A stretch of DNA of 63,668 bases, the filler included, from Olpidium bornovanus S191 (lineage: Eukaryota > Fungi > Olpidiomycota), in assembly GCA_017911155.1 (NCBI GenBank). It is 33 parts of 33 records of this genome, joined end to end, with 100 filler letters (N's around TTAATTAATTAA, not from the genome) between each part and the next. Parts side by side here need not be neighbours in the genome. Positions count along the whole stretch, not along the records: positions 47,726 to 51,093 come from JAEFCI010006415.1; positions 51,194 to 52,952 come from JAEFCI010000647.1; positions 53,053 to 54,904 come from JAEFCI010011500.1; positions 55,005 to 57,155 come from JAEFCI010009019.1; positions 57,256 to 58,888 come from JAEFCI010004454.1; positions 58,989 to 62,551 come from JAEFCI010000857.1; 27 more parts are not named here. One strand, given 5' to 3'. This document shows positions 49,202 through 60,942 of this stretch, one piece after another. The number at the start of each line of letters is the position of its first letter. Positions within the stretch are counted from its first letter, which is position 1. Made by a program: the position numbers and the translations under genes. Under the pieces are notes generated by a model. The model did not search any database, was not told where the DNA came from, and saw nothing but the letters and a program-made list of their open reading frames with translations.

Positions 49202-50057
49202 GCGGATGACGACGCGGCGACGGGCGCGGGGGACGACGCGGCCGAACGAACAGCGGAGTTCGACAGGTTTGACGGCGGCGGGTGAGCGGTGCGGGTCGCC
49301 GTGACGTGGGGCGACAGCGGCAGCGGCGTCGCGCCTTTACGGCGTCGACGACGCGGCGAGGGCATCGTCAACGGCTGTCGTCGACGGCAAAAGCAATGGA
49401 GCAAACAAAGACGAATGCGCAGGGAGCAAAAATAAGCTCAGTGAGCAAAAATAAGCTCAAAACACAAACGCGGGCTCAAAAACAAACGCGGCGCGGGCAG
49501 AGCGGCGCAGCGGGGACGGAGCGGCGGGGGCGGGGCGGCGGGAGCGGCGTGGCGGGGCCGAGCAGCAGAAAGCGACGGGAAAGCGGCGTTTCGAAGACGA
49601 GGCAAAAACGGGCGTCGTGTCGGCGACGAAAACGAACGAACGCAAGCGCGGAAACGAATGCAAGCGCAAAAACAAGCGGAAAAACAAGCGCAAAAACGGG
49701 TGCTGCGGCGGAACGATGGTGGAATGACGCAGAAAAAGTGCTGCGAAAACAGCCAAACGCAGCGGCGCAGGAAGCAAAGCGCGCGGCGTCAAATGCGAAA
49801 AACGACGACGCGGTTTTCGTTGGCCAAAACCAACGCGGCGGCGGGCCGAGCACGGGCGCGGCGGGAGCCGAACGCGGGCGTGGCGGAGGCGGCGCGCGGG
49901 CGCGACGGAGGGCGAAGCGCTGGCACAGCGGAGGGCAAAGCGCGAGGGCAAAGCGCGGGAGCTGGTCGAAAGGGAGGCTGGTCGAAAGGGATGGTTCTTC
50001 CTCGGATTCCCCACTTTGTAGTGAGACGTCAAAGGGAGGAAGGACTTCGGAGTTTAT

Positions 50058-51093
50058 TCAGATGTGCCCGGGGGTCCGACTGGCTATATAGGTACAGGTC
50101 ACGTGCCATTCGAGGCCGAACACTACAGAAGCCTTTCCATTTGAGCAAAAGTCCCAGAGTTCCATCTTCATTGAGGTGATGTGCCAGAACTCGTTCAAAG
50201 AGGAATTCATTAGAATCTCCATCATCCGGCTTCTCATCCAGTTGCGAGATGTCAAACGGCGCATAATGTTTAGTGTCTTTGGCGTGGTAATTGCATCAGG
50301 GTCCAAAGGAGTAGAAACCAGATGGCAGTTCGCATAATTCCTTGTTGGCAATAAGCGCATGATATACTGTTCTTGATCCACAGTGACTCCTCCTTGATGT
50401 GTAGACACCCACATGCCAAGAATTTGAGTCAAAGGACCACCTAGGGACAATTCAAATTCCTTTGCCAACTGGTTTTTGAGATGTTCCAAAGACTCAAGAT
50501 GTGGCCCGACAATTACAAGATCATCCACGTACACAGCAAGAAGAGTGACAACCTGGTCTTGAGATCGGCGAACATAAAGACATGGCTTGTGGGAAACCTG
50601 ATCAAACTGCAGATTTTTGAGTTTTTTATCGATTTCACGGTTCCACACGTGTGCCGATTGGCGGAGACCATAAATGGCTTTATTTAACTTCCAAACATGC
50701 GTCGAATAATTGTGGGGCAGGCCAGTTGCTGTCTCTGGTTGCTACGTATAGACATCGTGATGCAGCGGCGCTTGTGAATAGGCCGTAACAACATTATGGC
50801 CGCGGATGTGCCAACAGCGAGACGTGGCCAAGGCGATCATCAGTCTCAATGCAGAGTGTGCAACAACAGGTGCAAAAGTCTCATCAAAATCAACATTCTC
50901 AGCTTGCGTGAATCCCTGAGTGTTCAGTTGTACGTTGCGTTTGGTCGGAACCCCACAATGTATTACTACTAGTATGCCTCTGAAACACACATTCTCAGCT
51001 TGCGTGAATCCCCGAGTGTTCAGTTGTACGTTGCGTTTGGTCGGAACCCCACAATGTATTACTACTAGTACGCCTCTGAAACGCGTAAAATAC
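50058..51093 (-). mobile_element. Ty1/copia reverse transcriptase (RVT_2) pseudogene
   Basis: QGFTQAENVDFDETFAPV, TAYSQAPL..VYT*QP, WKLNKAIYGLRQSAHVWN, PCLY, LAVYVDDLVI, LGM..V.QEQYI, STPLDP. In-frame stop and decayed ends. Confidence 0.95.
50893..51082. repeat. 96-nt tandem duplication at the 5' break of the copia RT
   Basis: Copies start at 50893 and 50989 with two internal substitutions. Confidence 0.95.
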
Positions 51094-51193
51094 NNNNNNN
51101 NNNNNNNNNNNNNNNNNNNNNNNNNNNNNNNNNNNNNTTAATTAATTAANNNNNNNNNNNNNNNNNNNNNNNNNNNNNNNNNNNNNNNNNNNN

Positions 51194-52929
51194 CAGCCCT
51201 GCTCCCACCGATTTTCGCGACATTGCCCGTGGTTCAGATAGTCTCGCGACGTCGCTCGCTTCCGCGGCAAAGGCCGCAAAAGCGGCCAGCGCCATCGACG
51301 AGCTGGCGGGCATGGTGGACGCGGCGCAAAACTTGACCGCTGTGGGCCTGTACGTTGCCTGGGTGTCGCTGTCCGCTGAAATCTTGACCGAGTACAGTCG
51401 GAGCGGTGGGCCCTTGGCCCTCCGGGCAAGGGCTCGCCTCTTAACGGGGCTGCGAGAGTTTGCGCTACACGCTGACAGAACGTGGGTCGCCCACGTAACG
51501 TCAATCTTCAAGAAAGCTTGCCTCGTACACTCTGCCTCGACGATATCCCCCCAGGTTCGGGCGTTTGTCCAGCGGCGCACTGCGCGCAGTCCGTCGGTTG
51601 TTAACAGCGTGCGCCGTCTTGTCAAAGGTCTTATCAAACAAGAAACACGTCGGAAAATTTTCCTCGAATTGGCGGGCGAGCTTGGTCACGGAGTGCTTAT
51701 CGTGAAGAGCGGGAGTTGCTCGTATCGGTCATGGCAACAAGTAATCGCAGGGCGCCGCCGGTCACGCCACCACGTACTGCGCGCAGTACGACGCTTGTGC
51801 TGATAGTTTTCGGTTTTGGATCAGATGTCAAACAAGACCAGGGCGCGGACGTTGGAGTACTTCCGGACTAATATAAGGAGAGCGGGAGGCGGTCAGGGCG
51901 CTTTTCACGCAGCCGGCCGTGGTTCAGACCGCAGAATCTCTGTTTTACGTTGTCAGCGGGAATCCCCCGGGAACATTGGCGCGGTTTGACGGTGGCGCGC
52001 CCGCCCGCGCCATTTTCGCCCCGAACGACGACGACGACGACGGCGGCGACGTCGCGCTACGCATTAACCGCCGCTTAACGTTACTGGCGGCCGGCCCCCC
52101 AACGACCAAAGCCCCTTCAACTGTAAGGGTGCTACACAAGTTCCTCGGGGACACCATGGCAGCCGTAAGGAGCCTCCTGATAGCCTCGAGGATGCTGATC
52201 TACGACCGGCAAAAAACTGCGGCCCACTATACCCTACCAGCCGGCTGCGCTCGTTAAGAGAATGACGTTCATGGCAGAAAGGGAGTACATCTCCCTAGTC
52301 GCCGAGTACCTAAATGGAGCAGAGGGGGTGAGTGACGCCGCCCACGAGTCGCTGATGGAGGCAGCCATCCTCTACAAGTGAATTTTAGCTAAAATCATGC
52401 TCTGGTCAGCCTCAGGTCCCGAATCGCCGACAAACAACCCCACCTTACAACCGTCCCCCTGTTTACCTCACTGGCCAGATTGGTTATGCGGGAGACCGAC
52501 AGCTTAGCCATTGTAGCCAAGGCCACCGTGGCCCCGTAGGACTTCGCGAAGGAGGCTCACACAGCGTGTTCAATTCCAGGGCAAAGATCCCACGTCTTGC
52601 CAGCGAACAGTGTGCTGAGCAGGGTCGGGATGCTGACAGGAGGTTCTCCGTGGTTGCGACCCGTTGTATACGAAACGACGTTCGGGGAGTGGTTTGAGGT
52701 CCCGACGACCGGCGAGAAGCGAAGGCTGCCGGACCCGCCGGTCGAGAAAAGAGCTCTCGACGACGCAATCCGAGCGCTGACGGAGAATGGGCCTCGCGTC
52801 ATTACCGGCCATTCCGACGAGTCCGTGCGCGACATGTTCGCGGCGACTTCCTCGATTATTTACGTCGGTGGCGACTTTCCCCTCTACGACACATTCGCAA
52901 ACAGGCAGGCGCCCGTGTTGTTTGTGTAA
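51194..52929 (+). pseudogene. Cluster of three tightly packed, intronless, disrupted ORFs (virus-like)
   Basis: ORF A is open 51195-51803. ORF B runs 51825-52257 with one frameshift. ORF C runs 52262-52929 with TGA at 52379, a frameshift and TAG at 52537. Spacers are 21 and 4 nt. No family recognised. Confidence 0.45.
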
Positions 52930-53716
52930 TCTGATAAGCAGCAAATCGTATANNNNNNNNNNNNNNNNNNNNNNNNNNNNNNNNNNNNNNNNNNNNTTAA
53001 TTAATTAANNNNNNNNNNNNNNNNNNNNNNNNNNNNNNNNNNNNNNNNNNNNCATGCAGGGTGATCTGGCAGGATAAACGGTGCCATTGATGCAGTGAGC
53101 TTAGGCTTGGCAGGTGTTTCAGGTTAAACTGCGCCGTTCCCCGGCAGTGCGTTTTAGCCCCAATAAACATCAGAATAAAATGCCAGGGGCATCTATTTTC
53201 CCTGTGCTTATCCTAAATTCAAAACTTACCCTATGTATGTTCGGGAGATCCCAGGACGAAAACCTTGGTAAAAATACCAGGGTAGCTCTGGCATTCGACG
53301 CTTTCCGCCTCCCCCTCTCCCCTCTCCTACCTCCAATATTCACGCCTCACATAGAGTAGCAAGAACAACGCATCGCTGCGCCGTCTCGCTCCCCGACGGA
53401 AAACCACCGCGCGCACTAAAAAAACGCTTGCGGTTGTCGACCTCGGCGAAAAACCCTTCGAGCGGTCCGCTGAGGCGAGCGTCGTCCCTTCCCCCCGTTT
53501 CCCGTCGTCCCTTCCCCCCGTTTCCCGTCGTCGTCGTCGTCGTCGTCGTTCGTTCTGTTTGTTCGCCGTCGTGGACAGAGAGAGAGAGACAGAAAGAAAA
53601 TACAAGCAAACCCCTCTGAGAGCTGCGCGGAGAGAGAATTCGTTCCCTTCATCTCCAGTTGGGCAAAACGGGACCTTGGAGTCTCCGTGCCGCTCACCTC
53701 AGCGACGTTATCCGTG

Positions 53717-54904
53717 ATGCTGTTCGCCAGACGGAACAGCGGCGCCAGGGGAGCGCTGGCGGGGATGGCCGCGATCGTCCTGGCGCACGCGGCTGCGGCC
53801 TCGGCCTCGCTCCACAGCAGCGCGTGGACGGCGAACGCACCGACGGGCCACCGGCTGGAGTGGATCGCAGCCCTGTCAAACCACTCGAAACTGTCAGTCC
53901 CGGATGGGGAGCTCCTGGCTCCCCTTCTGGTGCCCCGCGTGGCTGGCACGCCCGGGAACGCCAAGGTCCGCGCCTTCATCGCCGACCACTTTCGGAAGCT
54001 CGGCTGGGCCGTCCAGCTGGACAACTTCACGGATGCCACGCCGCCCGCCGGGGCGACGGTCGAGTTCGCGAACGTGATCGCGACGAAAGCCCCCGGAGCC
54101 AAAAAACGCCTGGTGCTCGCTGCGCACTACGACTCTAAATACTTCCCACCGCCGGACGAGGACAAGTTCATCGGAGCGACAGACTCGGCCGTGCCGTGCG
54201 CGATCCTCCTTGATCTGGCCGCCACCCTCAACGATCTGCTAGACGCTCGCGCGGTCGATCGCACGCTGCAGATGATCTTCTTCGACGGGGAGGAAGCGTT
54301 CGTTGAGTGGACAGACACGGATTCCTTATACGGCTCCCGGTGTGTCTTACCTTTTTTCAATTTCTTTTCTTCAGTCGCGCTCATCTTGACGAGGGTGCCT
54401 CGAAATACGGTTGACCACGCGAGCGTCCGGGCCGCAGACACCTAGCCGCGAAATGGGGTTCCACCTTTGTCGCTCCAGACGACAGCGCGCAGTTCGGCTC
54501 GGATTCCCTGCTGGACTCGATAGAAGTCTTCGTCCTCCTGGACCTCCTGGGCGCCAGAAGCCCGTCGATCTTAAACATGCAACCCCTCACCACACATTAT
54601 TATCAGGCACTGAATGAGACGGAACTGTCATTGGCGGCTGCAGGTCTCCTAGCGACTCACGTATCTGCAACAGGGAACGTCACCACAGCAGGAGTAGCAG
54701 ACCGGAGAATTGGCGGCAAGAAATACGAGCCCTGCTTCAAAATCGGCTCGCCCATTTCTATTGAAGACGACCACGTACCGTTTGCGAATAAGGGTGTGTC
54801 CGTCGTCCACATCATTAACTTTCCCTTTCCGCCCGAGTGGCACAAGCTCACGGTGAGCAACGACTTCTTTCTGGCCCATCTTTCCGTGGCGGCCAGGAAC
54901 CATG
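53717..54904 (+). CDS. QPCT: Glutaminyl-peptide cyclotransferase (peptidase M28 fold), 3' truncated
   Basis: Signal/anchor, LLVPRVAGTPGN, RLVLAAHYDSK, FIGATDSAVPCA, QMIFFDGEEAF..DSLYGSR/HLA, VLLDLLGA, IEDDHVPF..GVSVVHII..FPPEWHK. Confidence 0.96.
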
Positions 54905-55380
54905 NNNNNNNNNNNNNNNNNNNNNNNNNNNNNNNNNNNNNNNNNNNNTTAATTAATTAANNNNNNNNNNNNNNNNNNNNNNNNNNNNNNNNNNNNNNNN
55001 NNNNGTTTGTTAACTAGGTTCCTCTGGCACTATTTTATATGACGGTGACTAAAGGGTCTATGCAGGGGCAACTCGGGGGCTTGTGCGCTCGGTGCCCCTT
55101 TTTCCTACAACCCTTTTCCCCCATGCATTTGCCCCCTTTGCACCTACGCCCCCCCTTTGCCCCCCCCCTCTTGCCTCCCCTTCCCCTCTTCCCCTCCCTT
55201 CCCCCCCCCCTTTCGCCGCACCCGCCCGCGTCCCCGGGCCAACTGCGGCGGAAAAAAACCAAACAAAGCAGAAAATAAAACAAAAAAAAAAATTTAGAAG
55301 GGGGGGAAATGGGGACACGAAACCCCGCCGCGTCGCCCCTGCCCCGGAATAACCACAACACCGGCCCTGCCCCCTGATTC

Positions 55381-55580
55381 TCTTCCTTCGCGGCACCGGG
55401 AATAAAGAGGCCTTCTCTGCGACCAACCTTACCTCCCCCCCCAAGAAGAAAAAAAAGAAAGAAAGAAAAAACCCACGTGCGCCATCCGCCATCTTCCCTC
55501 GCGGCACCGAGGATAAAGAGGCCTTCTCTGCGAGCAACCTTACCTTCCCCCCCCCCAAAAAAAAAAGAAAAAAAAAAAAA
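55381..55580. repeat. Imperfect direct repeat, about 111-nt period
   Basis: TCTTCC(T/C)TCGCGGCACCG..ATAAAGAGGCCTTCTCTGCGA(C/G)CAACCTTACC occurs at 55381 and 55492. Confidence 0.9.
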
Positions 55581-56063
55581 AATGCCCGCCGGCTCCGCCG
55601 CACCCGCCCTTGCCGCCCTGGTCGGCCCACCTCGCCGCCAACCCCGCGCAGGATCCGGGATGCCGCGCCTCGTCCGCGTCTTTGCCGCCGGCCTCTGCTG
55701 CGCCGTCGCCGTCGCCGTCGCAGTCCCGGTGCGTCCTCGTACGGGACCTTCTCCATCAGGATTGCTCCCTGCCGGGGTGTCCGTCCTGGAATTTCTGCCC
55801 TCGGATTCCCAGCTCGGCGGTGAGAGAGTGAGAGAGGGTGAGGGAACGACAGGCAAGTTTTGTGAATTGTTCCAGGCCGGGTCGGCCTGCGGGCCCAGGT
55901 GCCGTGTGCTCTCGAGACCGTGAGGGATAGCGACGCTTAATACCGATGATTACCCTTTTGTTTATCTCGCTGTTTAATACGTTTTCTCGGATTTCGACAT
56001 ACGCTCCGTTCCACCGGACGGCGAGTAGAAGAAATGATATTACGTAGGAGTGATTACAAAGGG

Positions 56064-56254
56064 GGCCTCTGCCGCGAGGGGGTTGCGGGAGGGGAAGGGG
56101 CGAGCTTCAGTGGCCTCTGCCGCGAGGGGGTTGCGGGAGGGGAAGGGGCGAGCTTCAGTGCCGGGGATTGGATAAAGCATTTGTGCCAGATTCTTGTTCG
56201 AAAAAAACTGTGCCGGGTATTGGATAAAGCATTTGTGCCAGATTCTTGTTCGAA
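56064..56254. repeat. Two abutting tandem duplications (2 x 48 nt, then 52-nt period)
   Basis: Perfect 48-nt copies at 56064 and 56112; GTGCCGGG.ATTGGATAAAGCATTTGTGCCAGATTCTTGTTCGAA at 56158 and 56210. Confidence 0.95.
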
Positions 56255-56295
56255 TTTTTAACTCTTTTTTTAACTCTTTTTTTCTGGTTTTTCAG

Positions 56296-57087
56296 CTATA
56301 GTTGAACTTTTCTCGCAAGTATTCGATGCCGTCGTCGCGGAAACGGAAGGCGATATTCCGGACGCAGCATTTGATAGATACGTGCAGACTGTTCGAAAGC
56401 TGATGCCGGTCGTACCCCCCGCCGCTGATCAGGCTGCGTGGTGGGGCACACCCTCCGGTAAGCGGAGGAGCGGCGCGCGCGATGGGGGCCGGACGGTGGA
56501 TCCAAACCAGTAACCCCAATTTTTTGCTTACGCGGTTTCCCCGTTGTTCATATGCAGCCGACAGAGTGCACCGGGTGCTCCACTTCTGTGCGTCGTCGGA
56601 CGGATGCCACGTATTCACAGGCTGCGCCTCTAACTCTCATAGAAGCGGCACTATAGTGAGTCATCCCGCTTTGGACGGCCGAGTGTACGAGCAGTACGAG
56701 CAGTACAGGTAAGCAAGGCGAGAGAGCGAGGTCACCGTGTCCTTTTTGCCCGCGAAAAGTAAAAAACCTGAGTTTTTGCGTGCCTTCCGTGCTGACCGAT
56801 CCAGCGAACAAAGCCTCCTGGTGCAACAAAGGGCCGTGGATGCGGTTAGTTTGAACCTACAACCCGACGAAAGCCAGCAGGCGGTTGAGCGTTCGATGCT
56901 TTCGCATATAAGTCGCGACCTTGGCACGGACAGATTTTTCCTGAAAGACATCATCAGTGAATGGAAGAAGTTGGTGGCCAACGGGAGTCCGGACGAGATC
57001 TTCCTTCGAAAGCGGATAAACTCCAGTCGGCGGAGGTTGTCGAAAAGGAAAAGGTTGTCCGAGAACCTGTCTATGATATTAAGATAA
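56296..57087 (+). CDS. Hypothetical spliced protein, partial (three exons)
   Basis: ttttcag/IVELFSQVFDAVV..WWGTPS/gtaagc; cag/GCASNSH..YEQY/gtaagc; cag/SEQSLLVQQRAVD..FFLKDIISEWKKL. Phases are compatible. Confidence 0.5.
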
Positions 57088-57882
57088 GTCAGTTGGTCGG
57101 AAGGCCGTCGGCACACGAGGCCTACGGGGCGATCACTGAGCAGTTTTCTACATGANNNNNNNNNNNNNNNNNNNNNNNNNNNNNNNNNNNNNNNNNNNNT
57201 TAATTAATTAANNNNNNNNNNNNNNNNNNNNNNNNNNNNNNNNNNNNNNNNNNNNCGGGCACACCGGGCGTTATGCGTAGTATGGAGTATAACGCAACAC
57301 TCCTCGCTCAAGTGAACGGGGTAAATACGGGAGTGAATAAGGTAAAGATAGATATGAAGACCCGCCAAGCGGCATGACGGTCATGACCATGGTTCTCGTG
57401 ACTCATGGATGTCAGTCTCATTAAAAACCTTGTAGTGCGCGGGCAACCCGATGGGACAATCCCGGCATGGAAAAAAGTACAGACCTACTCGATGTCATTG
57501 CCGGAAAACCCTGTAGGAAAAAAATAGGCTTTGACATGGCAGTAGTTTGCATTCGCCACACCTCCGGCAACTCGTAAAGCACCAGAAGTTGTAGAAGAGG
57601 AATCCCCTGTGCCGGGAGAGGGGGGGGGCGGGCCGGGGCGGAAGGTGGGGGGGGGGCGATTTTGACTGCATTTTTGTGACCGACCTTTTCTGCGAATTTT
57701 TTTTTGGCCTCTTCCCCATTCTTTTAATCGGGGCGCAAACGAAAAAAAAGAAAATACTTTTCGGCTGTTAAACCGCAGCGATATACTTGAAGGACCTGAC
57801 CTTCATCAACGACGGCTCTCTCTCTCTCTCTCGCTCCATCTCTCATCTCTCTCCCTCTCACCCCCCCCCCCCCCCCCCCCCC

Positions 57883-57935
<53 letters not shown>

Positions 57936-57952
57936 TCCCTCTCTCTCCCCAC

Positions 57953-58888
57953 TAGGCTTCCTATCCGTACCCAAACCCGCGGGTTTTACCCGGGGGTATG
58001 GGTACGGGTTTGCGTGATGGGGGTCGGGTATGGGTACGGGTTTCGGGTGACGGGTACCCGTGATACCCGTGGGTACCCGAGTCAAACAGCGGGAAAATAA
58101 TCACCAACGCCCAACACCCCTTTCACCCAACACACCAACACCAGTGACACACCCAGCAGTCAGCGATCCATCGTTCCCATTAAGGCGGGCTGCCAAAAGG
58201 GGCCGCGAATGGGAGCTCGGGGCTTCTTTATTGCACGGAGATGGTTGTTCAGCTTCGGGGCGGCTCGGGGAAGATGCGAGAGTAGGGGAGATGGAGGTAG
58301 CCGGTGGTGGGTTCTGTTTTCCCGTCGTCCGTGCCGGCGGAGTGTCCTGTTTACCGGTCACGGCGGCAGCGCCGGTGAGAGGGGTGGCGCTATTTCTAAG
58401 GGGGGGCTATCACCGCCGGCGAGTCGGGAACCACCCGCGACAACACCCCGGCGGCACAGTCTGCCACTCTGGAGCACCCAACGGCGGCGCGGCGGCATAC
58501 CTGTGACAACACTACCCACAGCGGCACAGTCCGCCGGCGGCGGCACAGCCCGTGACACCCATCCACCCGTCCATCCCATCCATCCGTTCATCCCATCCTT
58601 TACATCCATCCTTACATGGCAATGGAAGAGATTTTCCCAGATGACAGCGTTAGTCAGTCTAGCACCCACTTTAATGGAGCAACTGCAGGCAATCCAGGGA
58701 AAAGACCAGCAAATGATAGGACAGTGACAATGCACAGAGCACTGCAAGTGTGTCTTCGAAGAAAAGACATGTCGGCAAATATCTGCACAACTTCTAAAAA
58801 CTTGGGACAACCAAAGACAACAAAGATGTTGACGTAACGGAATGGAAGTGTATGGCCGAGATTGGCAAAACCAGTACTGGCGAAAGTC
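57953..58888 (+). mobile_element. Probable hAT-like DNA transposon, left end and decayed transposase start
   Basis: Begins TAGGC, then dense GGGTA(C/T)GGG/ACCCG subterminal repeats (57960-58080). Downstream CpG-poor ORF remnant MEEIFPDDSVSQSS. No catalytic domain visible. Confidence 0.4.
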
Positions 58889-59923
58889 NNNNNNNNNNNN
58901 NNNNNNNNNNNNNNNNNNNNNNNNNNNNNNNNTTAATTAATTAANNNNNNNNNNNNNNNNNNNNNNNNNNNNNNNNNNNNNNNNNNNNAATGCAAACGCA
59001 AACGGCGTACAGTTTGTCGACCCGAACCCTACAGTTCCACATACCCGTAATGCTACTGATACCCTCGTCAAGGCTCTCGTCCCTACCCCCTCCACGAGCT
59101 TGACGCATGGAATTGATTGTTGTCAAACTCCCCGCACCAACCCTTGGCCCGTCCCCTTTCTTCGTTTTCCTCCTCATCTGTCTCAATACATCTGCTCTGC
59201 CAGTTGGCAAGTTCATAGTCCGATGCAGTATCGTCGAGCCGAGCTCTGGGTTTCTCTTATTTGGCGACTCTGGCCATGGGGGAAAAAGTGGGGTTACACC
59301 TTGCACACACCCACACGCGTTCCTTTTGCACACAAATACTGCTTGCGACCTTTTCCCTCTAGTTAGACTTCCACGAGTGATGGCAAAACTTTAGCCACAC
59401 CGCCACCCCTTTTGTATAAATTCGATTCGCCGTTTCTGGCAAAAACAAGCCAATGCCATCGGGGCCGTCTTACGCATAATATCTCATCGTAACTCGGCAG
59501 GATAGGATTGAAGCGTAAAACCAAGCCTTCTAATTGCATCTCGAGTCGGAGCGCCGCTTATGTTTGAACGGATTCAAACATCAGAGGTAAGGCGGAAAAC
59601 TCCCGGGCTAACGGAACAAGGAATCGACCGGCAAAGCGTTACGATACAAACGTAACATTGCGAAGGCTTGTTGAGCGAAGCAAGCGCCGTACACGTTGTT
59701 TTTCCGACACCCTCGTCATGTTGACATCGCCAGGTCTGGACCATTGGCAAAAATTTCTCGGGCAATGCCTAAAACCATGCGCCGAAGTACCTTGTTGCAG
59801 TTTTCACCTGCCAGACACGAGAGCGGCTTACACGTTGGAGGCCGAGAGCATGGACAAAAAATTCAGGGCAACTTCTATCGGAACACGACGTCTGAATTCA
59901 TGGTTTGATCCCAACTGCCGGGT

Positions 59924-60716
59924 TTAATTGTACGCGCTCCACTCCAGCCAGGAGCCCTTATAATTTCGGACTCTTCGGCAAGGCAAGAACCGTGGGAAAT
60001 CCATAAGAACCCGCCCACCCGCATTTTTCTCGAAACAAATGCAACCACATTCTCTTGACGTTCCTACCTTGTATAGCCGGCAGCCAGCGCCAGACTGGCG
60101 GCGATGTGGCTTCTGACTCCCGATCGGCAGTAGAAGACGATGTTGTCTTCGCTGTCCGGCCGCGCGAAACCGTAAATGTCCTGAAAATCTTCGTCCGTCA
60201 CGAGCGACGGGTCAAGGGCCGCCTGCAGCTCCGGAAAGGGCAGCAATTTCGCAGTAGGTATCACGCCGTGGGCGGTCTCGTCTGGGTTCCGCACGTCGAT
60301 GAGCGTGACCTTGTCGGCGGATCCCTTGCTTCCGCGGGAAAAAGGGAAAACGTTAACACCAGCGGAGACAGGCATGATCCCCCCCCCTCCCCTGGAAAGC
60401 CTGTACTCACCTCGCCAGCTCGGAGAGCAAGCTTCAGGTCCGCCAACGATATTGTCTTCACGTGTTTCTCCTCGAGGGGCGTCACCGCTTCGGAGCCGTA
60501 GGGTGGCCCGACGGCTTTGCAGGCAGCGGAGTTTGTGGCTCGGAACCGTTGCCGGGGTTCCGGGGGCCGCCAAAGAGGACGCCCTCCAATTTCGGCGCGC
60601 GGGGCAACCGCCTTCGAGCTCTGCAGATCAACTGCGGCGGATGTTCGCCGCGCGCAGATTGCGGCTGTTCGCGCAATGGCGACGCCGATGTGGGGGAGTT
60701 CCGCGCCGCCGAGCAT
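59924..60716 (-). CDS. Single-domain rhodanese (thiosulfate sulfurtransferase, RDL1/RDL2-like), three exons, probable mitochondrial presequence
   Basis: [63 protein letters not shown]. Catalytic CRSGVRS loop; last exon 59972-59924. Confidence 0.93.
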
Positions 60717-60942
60717 CCCGGCGTGCGGCGGCGGAGCGGCAGGCGCCAATGCACGCGGGGGCCCTGTTCCGGCGGACGGGCGCCCGAAATATCCTCCCCG
60801 CTCCTCCTCCGCGTGCGGCGCCCCGTGCGCTTCCCGGCCGCCGCAGCCAGCACGCACAGCAAGCAGTACGCCGGTCGCCGACGCCACTTCCCCCAACTCT
60901 CCGCGCGGTCGCTCCACGGCGCTGCCGCCGTCGACAACGCGT

